Assembly (NCBI GenBank): GCA_963624695.1
Contig: CAVFRH010000083.1
Location: 28,185 to 92,184 of the forward strand
Length of the DNA: 64,000 nucleotides
Origin: a bacterium
GTDB lineage: Bacteria; Bacillota; Clostridia; Lachnospirales; Lachnospiraceae
Reading direction: 5' to 3'
This document shows, piece by piece, positions 61,464 to 64,000 of the stretch. The number at the start of each line of letters is the position of its first letter. The first letter of the stretch is position 1. A program made the translations under genes and the position numbers. The notes under the pieces are model-generated. The model worked only from the letters and a program-made list of their open reading frames with translations. It had not been told where the DNA came from and ran no database searches.

Positions 61464-62816
61464 TTAACCAAACATGAAGTAAACCATTGCCTGAAGAATA
61501 ATGCAGATAATCCAGCCTACAACTGCACTGAGTTTCAGATAATCCTTCGTGGATACCTTGGCATAGTTAACACCCCATATAATCCAGGACTGTGTAATAC
61601 AGCATGAAACGTTCATAACCGTACTCGGAATAATGATCAGCGGAGCCAGATATGCTGTTGAGAATCCAATTCCCTTTAAAATTCCAAGCGTTGCTGCACC
61701 GCAGCCAAATAAGGTAAACGGTCCACGGAACATACCAAGAGGAGCCAGAACTGCAAAAGCAATGCTGATGATCAAGGTATTGTTTGGGATAATTCCTCCC
61801 AGCAGAGCATTGAAATACGGTACGCACAATTCAGCTGCTTTGTTGAACATGGGAAGAACAAGCAGGAAGCCAACCAACGGAGCGGTATCAACCACACCAT
61901 CAAAGAAATCCTTGTTTACCATACGGCAGGTCTGACCCCAGCCTTTGATCTTTCCGCAGGTGATCAATGCATAAACGCTTCCTATGATAAATCCCAGGAT
62001 AATCGGAACATTGAAAACAATAAGCAAAACAACCGGAATAATCGGTGAAATCAGAGCAATACCCGGAGCATTGTCTCCACGGCGTTTCTTCTTGTCTACC
62101 GGTGCTGTTGCTGCCCAGCTGTGTACTTTCTTTTTGTGACTTAAAACAATGACCATGATGATAATGACAATCATCTGAATGATCATAGCGTAGATACCCC
62201 AGGAAACGTGCTGTTCGTATGGATATAAGGTAGTTCCGTCCTCTCCGAGGAAGAATGCCGAATACTGCCCATATAAAACCGGATTGACAAACATACCGGC
62301 GCCAACACTTAACATAAAGGCACAGGTTGCCAGCACCTTCGGAATACCAAGGGACATGAAAATCGGAAGAACAATGACACCAATCGCAACGACTGCACCG
62401 GCACCGAAGATGGATGAGAAGCATGCTGTTGTTACGATACAAAGCAATATACATGTGATTGCCGGCTTGTCACCGCCAAGTTCCGTTGTTGTTCGAATCA
62501 AAGTAGATGCTATGCCTGTATTCATAAGTACTCGTCCGAACCAGGCACCAAAGATAACATTAACGAGTGTTGCACCCCAGCCTTCTGGTCCGCTCTGAAA
62601 TACTTTCTTCAAAGCTTCCTGCCAGGTAATGCTGATCGAATCCGCATTTGCGGAAATAAAATCTGGATTTGTTACGAATGTATTTCCGATCATCGGCAAT
62701 ACAGTCCATATAATGGCCATAACAAAGATTCCAAGCATAAGGTTTCCACCGCGAACGGCATAGACAACCAAACCGAAAAAGGAAACCAATAGTAGAATTC
62801 CAATTACATACTCCAT
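61464..62816 (-). CDS. ion-transporter-superfamily permease (GntP/CitMHS/DcuC-like; subfamily unresolved)
   Basis: 450 aa, at least 11 TM, AGGAGGG RBS. First gene of the LacI-controlled locus. Confidence 0.55.
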   Translation of the reverse strand: MEYVIGILLLVSFFGLVVYAVRGGNLMLGIFVMAIIWTVLPMIGNTFVTNPDFISANADSISITWQEALKKVFQSGPEGWGATLVNVIFGAWFGRVLMNTGIASTLIRTTTELGGDKPAITCILLCIVTTACFSSIFGAGAVVAIGVIVLPIFMSLGIPKVLATCAFMLSVGAGMFVNPVLYGQYSAFFLGEDGTTLYPYEQHVSWGIYAMIIQMIVIIIMVIVLSHKKKVHSWAATAPVDKKKRRGDNAPGIALISPIIPVVLLIVFNVPIILGFIIGSVYALITCGKIKGWGQTCRMVNKDFFDGVVDTAPLVGFLLVLPMFNKAAELCVPYFNALLGGIIPNNTLIISIAFAVLAPLGMFRGPFTLFGCGAATLGILKGIGFSTAYLAPLIIIPSTVMNVSCCITQSWIIWGVNYAKVSTKDYLKLSAVVGWIICIILQAMVYFMFG

Positions 62817-62883
62817 AATAGCCCTCCTAATCCCTCTAAAAAAATAAACGAGGCTAACGTTTTAAGTTTCGAATGTTTTAAAT

Positions 62884-62901
62884 TGTGTAAGCGCTTTCAC
62901 A
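62884..62901. promoter_or_regulatory. LacI/CcpA-type palindromic operator (cre-like), proximal
   Basis: TGTGTAAGCGCTTTCACA contains TGTAAGCGCTTTCA, which matches the cre consensus WTGNAANCGNWNNCW. It lies about 70-85 nt upstream of the permease ATG. Confidence 0.55.
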
Positions 62902-63026
62902 TCTTAAGTATACTTTTTCACCTTTAGATGTCAATATTATTTTATTCTTTTGCCCAAAAATCAGCATTCTGTTATAATTTATGTGTGCAATTTTATCAAA
63001 TCATCACAAGACTTGTCTTTGTTTGT

Positions 63027-63043
63027 TGTGAAAGCGCTAACAC
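63027..63043. promoter_or_regulatory. LacI/CcpA-type palindromic operator, distal
   Basis: TGTGAAAGCGCTAACAC. The reverse complement of the 18-nt extended site is 16/18 identical to the proximal site. Centre-to-centre distance is about 142 bp. Confidence 0.5.
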
Positions 63044-63114
63044 GTTTTTCTTTCATTTTCTCTCCTCCTGCAAGACTTGTCGGTTGCAGCTCTTCACAGA
63101 TGCACGCTGGCAGC

Positions 63115-63145
63115 AAAAGAGACGGCCGCGCGGACCGTCTCTTTT
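63115..63145 (-). terminator. terminator after the right-edge hypothetical gene
   Basis: aaaagagacgg / ccgcgcgga / ccgtctctttt, an 11-bp stem with flanking A and T runs, so it can act on either strand. Confidence 0.55.
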
Positions 63146-63163
63146 CAAGGGGGGATTTCTATA

Positions 63164-64000
63164 TTATGAGTCTACTTTCTCCACAAAGAGAAGTTTATAA
63201 CCTTCCGGATCTTTTTTTGTTTCATCGATACGTTTACTTACATCTACATCCATCATCTTCAGATCTTTGTTGATGCCATAATCCAGGAAATCTGCATGTG
63301 CCTCTCCACACTGTACATGGTAAAGATTTAAACGAACAATCGATGTTGCATTTTCTCTCATATCTCCGTTTGGCGGAAAATAACTGACAACACGTGACAG
63401 TGTTGCTCCGTCTTTTTTTAAATCAAGTGTGGTTGCAAGGATATACTTTCCATCACAGTAGAGTCCCAAATTAACATAATCTGTATCTTCTTTTATTACA
63501 TCAGCAGCCGGTTTTCCATCAATGGTAAGATACTTGATCAGACTACTGTAAACGGTTTCCTCACTGTTCTTTTCAATCAAGGTATTCGCAAGCTTGTCAT
63601 AATCTGATTTTTCAAGGCTGTTTGCATAAGAAGACTCGTCTTGAGTACCTTCGTTGAGTTTTTTGTCCTCCTGTCTAAAATAGCTATTCAGAACCCACAT
63701 GTTTGGCATTACATACTGAGGTTTCAATGTAAGGTCTGCTGCAAAAAGATTAAACACATCCTTTGTATCCAGGCAGGATTCAACTTCTTTCACTCTATTG
63801 GCTAAGATGTTGTCTGTTTCCAGTGACTTTACATTCAATTTCATCTTTGTATCATCCATCCAATAGCAGATGCCGATTCTGTCTTCACTGTTATATTCTG
63901 CAATTTCTGTCTCGAGAGCACCTTCTACTTTTTCATAAATGCCGGCCAGCTCTGTATGCTGATTCACCAGATCACTTAACTGATTTTCTGCAGCTGTAAT
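63164..64000 (-). CDS. hypothetical protein, probably N-terminally truncated by the window edge
   Basis: The ORF-track ORF starts at GTG 63967, but the frame stays open to position 64000 (..ITAAENQLSDLVNQHTEL..). No family recognised. Confidence 0.5.
   Translation of the reverse strand: MTAAENQLSDLVNQHTELAGIYEKVEGALETEIAEYNSEDRIGICYWMDDTKMKLNVKSLETDNILANRVKEVESCLDTKDVFNLFAADLTLKPQYVMPNMWVLNSYFRQEDKKLNEGTQDESSYANSLEKSDYDKLANTLIEKNSEETVYSSLIKYLTIDGKPAADVIKEDTDYVNLGLYCDGKYILATTLDLKKDGATLSRVVSYFPPNGDMRENATSIVRLNLYHVQCGEAHADFLDYGINKDLKMMDVDVSKRIDETKKDPEGYKLLFVEKVDS

Noticed and set aside
62928-63273. Plus-strand ORFs 62928..63200 and 62950..63273 in the regulatory intergenic region.
   Set aside because: They have no RBS, overlap the operators, the terminator and the 3' end of the minus-strand gene, and have a Cys/Phe/Ser-rich composition typical of non-coding AT-rich DNA.

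Overview
This 64-kb window looks like Firmicutes DNA, probably Clostridia or Lachnospiraceae, judged only from protein families and AGGAGG-type ribosome-binding sites. I call 52 protein-coding genes, 45 of them on the minus strand. I saw no rRNA, tRNA, CRISPR array, transposase or integrase. The ORF track is authoritative for CDS frames. Several starts were moved downstream where the listed start is a TTG or GTG inside the ribosome-binding site of a better ATG. Coordinates of small motifs were counted by hand and may be off by 1-2 nt.

Gene content, left to right:
- Three unknown genes, including a lipoprotein.
- A DUF554 membrane protein.
- An 8.6-kb gene for a 2877-aa secreted surface protein built from phosphoesterase-like, GLUG, LamG and Ig modules.
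- A membrane-anchored HNH nuclease.
- A cell-wall-binding polysaccharide deacetylase, a MATE pump and an alpha/beta hydrolase.
- A same-strand block of an OmpR-type two-component system, a dlt-like operon and a MacAB-type exporter. The dlt-like operon encodes an adenylating enzyme, a PLP decarboxylase, a carrier protein, an MBOAT and an SGNH-like protein. The exporter's adaptor protein is unusually large.
- Housekeeping and metabolic genes: a Gfo/Idh/MocA oxidoreductase, CstA, EamA, Lrp plus glutamate dehydrogenase, a metallophosphoesterase, a COG2984-type ABC importer, PepD and a class-C acid phosphatase.
- A sigma-54 promoter driving a CitMHS transporter plus DUF1446 and DUF4387, with the cognate PAS-AAA+ activator convergent downstream.
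- A plasmid-type replication module: a Rep_3-like initiator, a DnaD-like protein and about 830 bp of phased iterons.
- A LacI-controlled locus: permease, hydantoinase-like ATPase, HExxH protein, YhcH/YiaL, KdgK, HPS, PHI and Eda, with twin cre-like operators.

The best candidates for under-described biology are:
- the decarboxylase-containing dlt-like envelope-modification operon and its regulatory and exporter context;
- the sigma-54 / DUF1446 / DUF4387 / CitMHS module;
- the iteron replicon embedded among ordinary genes;
- the hybrid sugar-acid locus;
- the giant surface protein, whose phosphatase-like modules appear to lack their metal ligands.

Novelty cannot be established without database searches.
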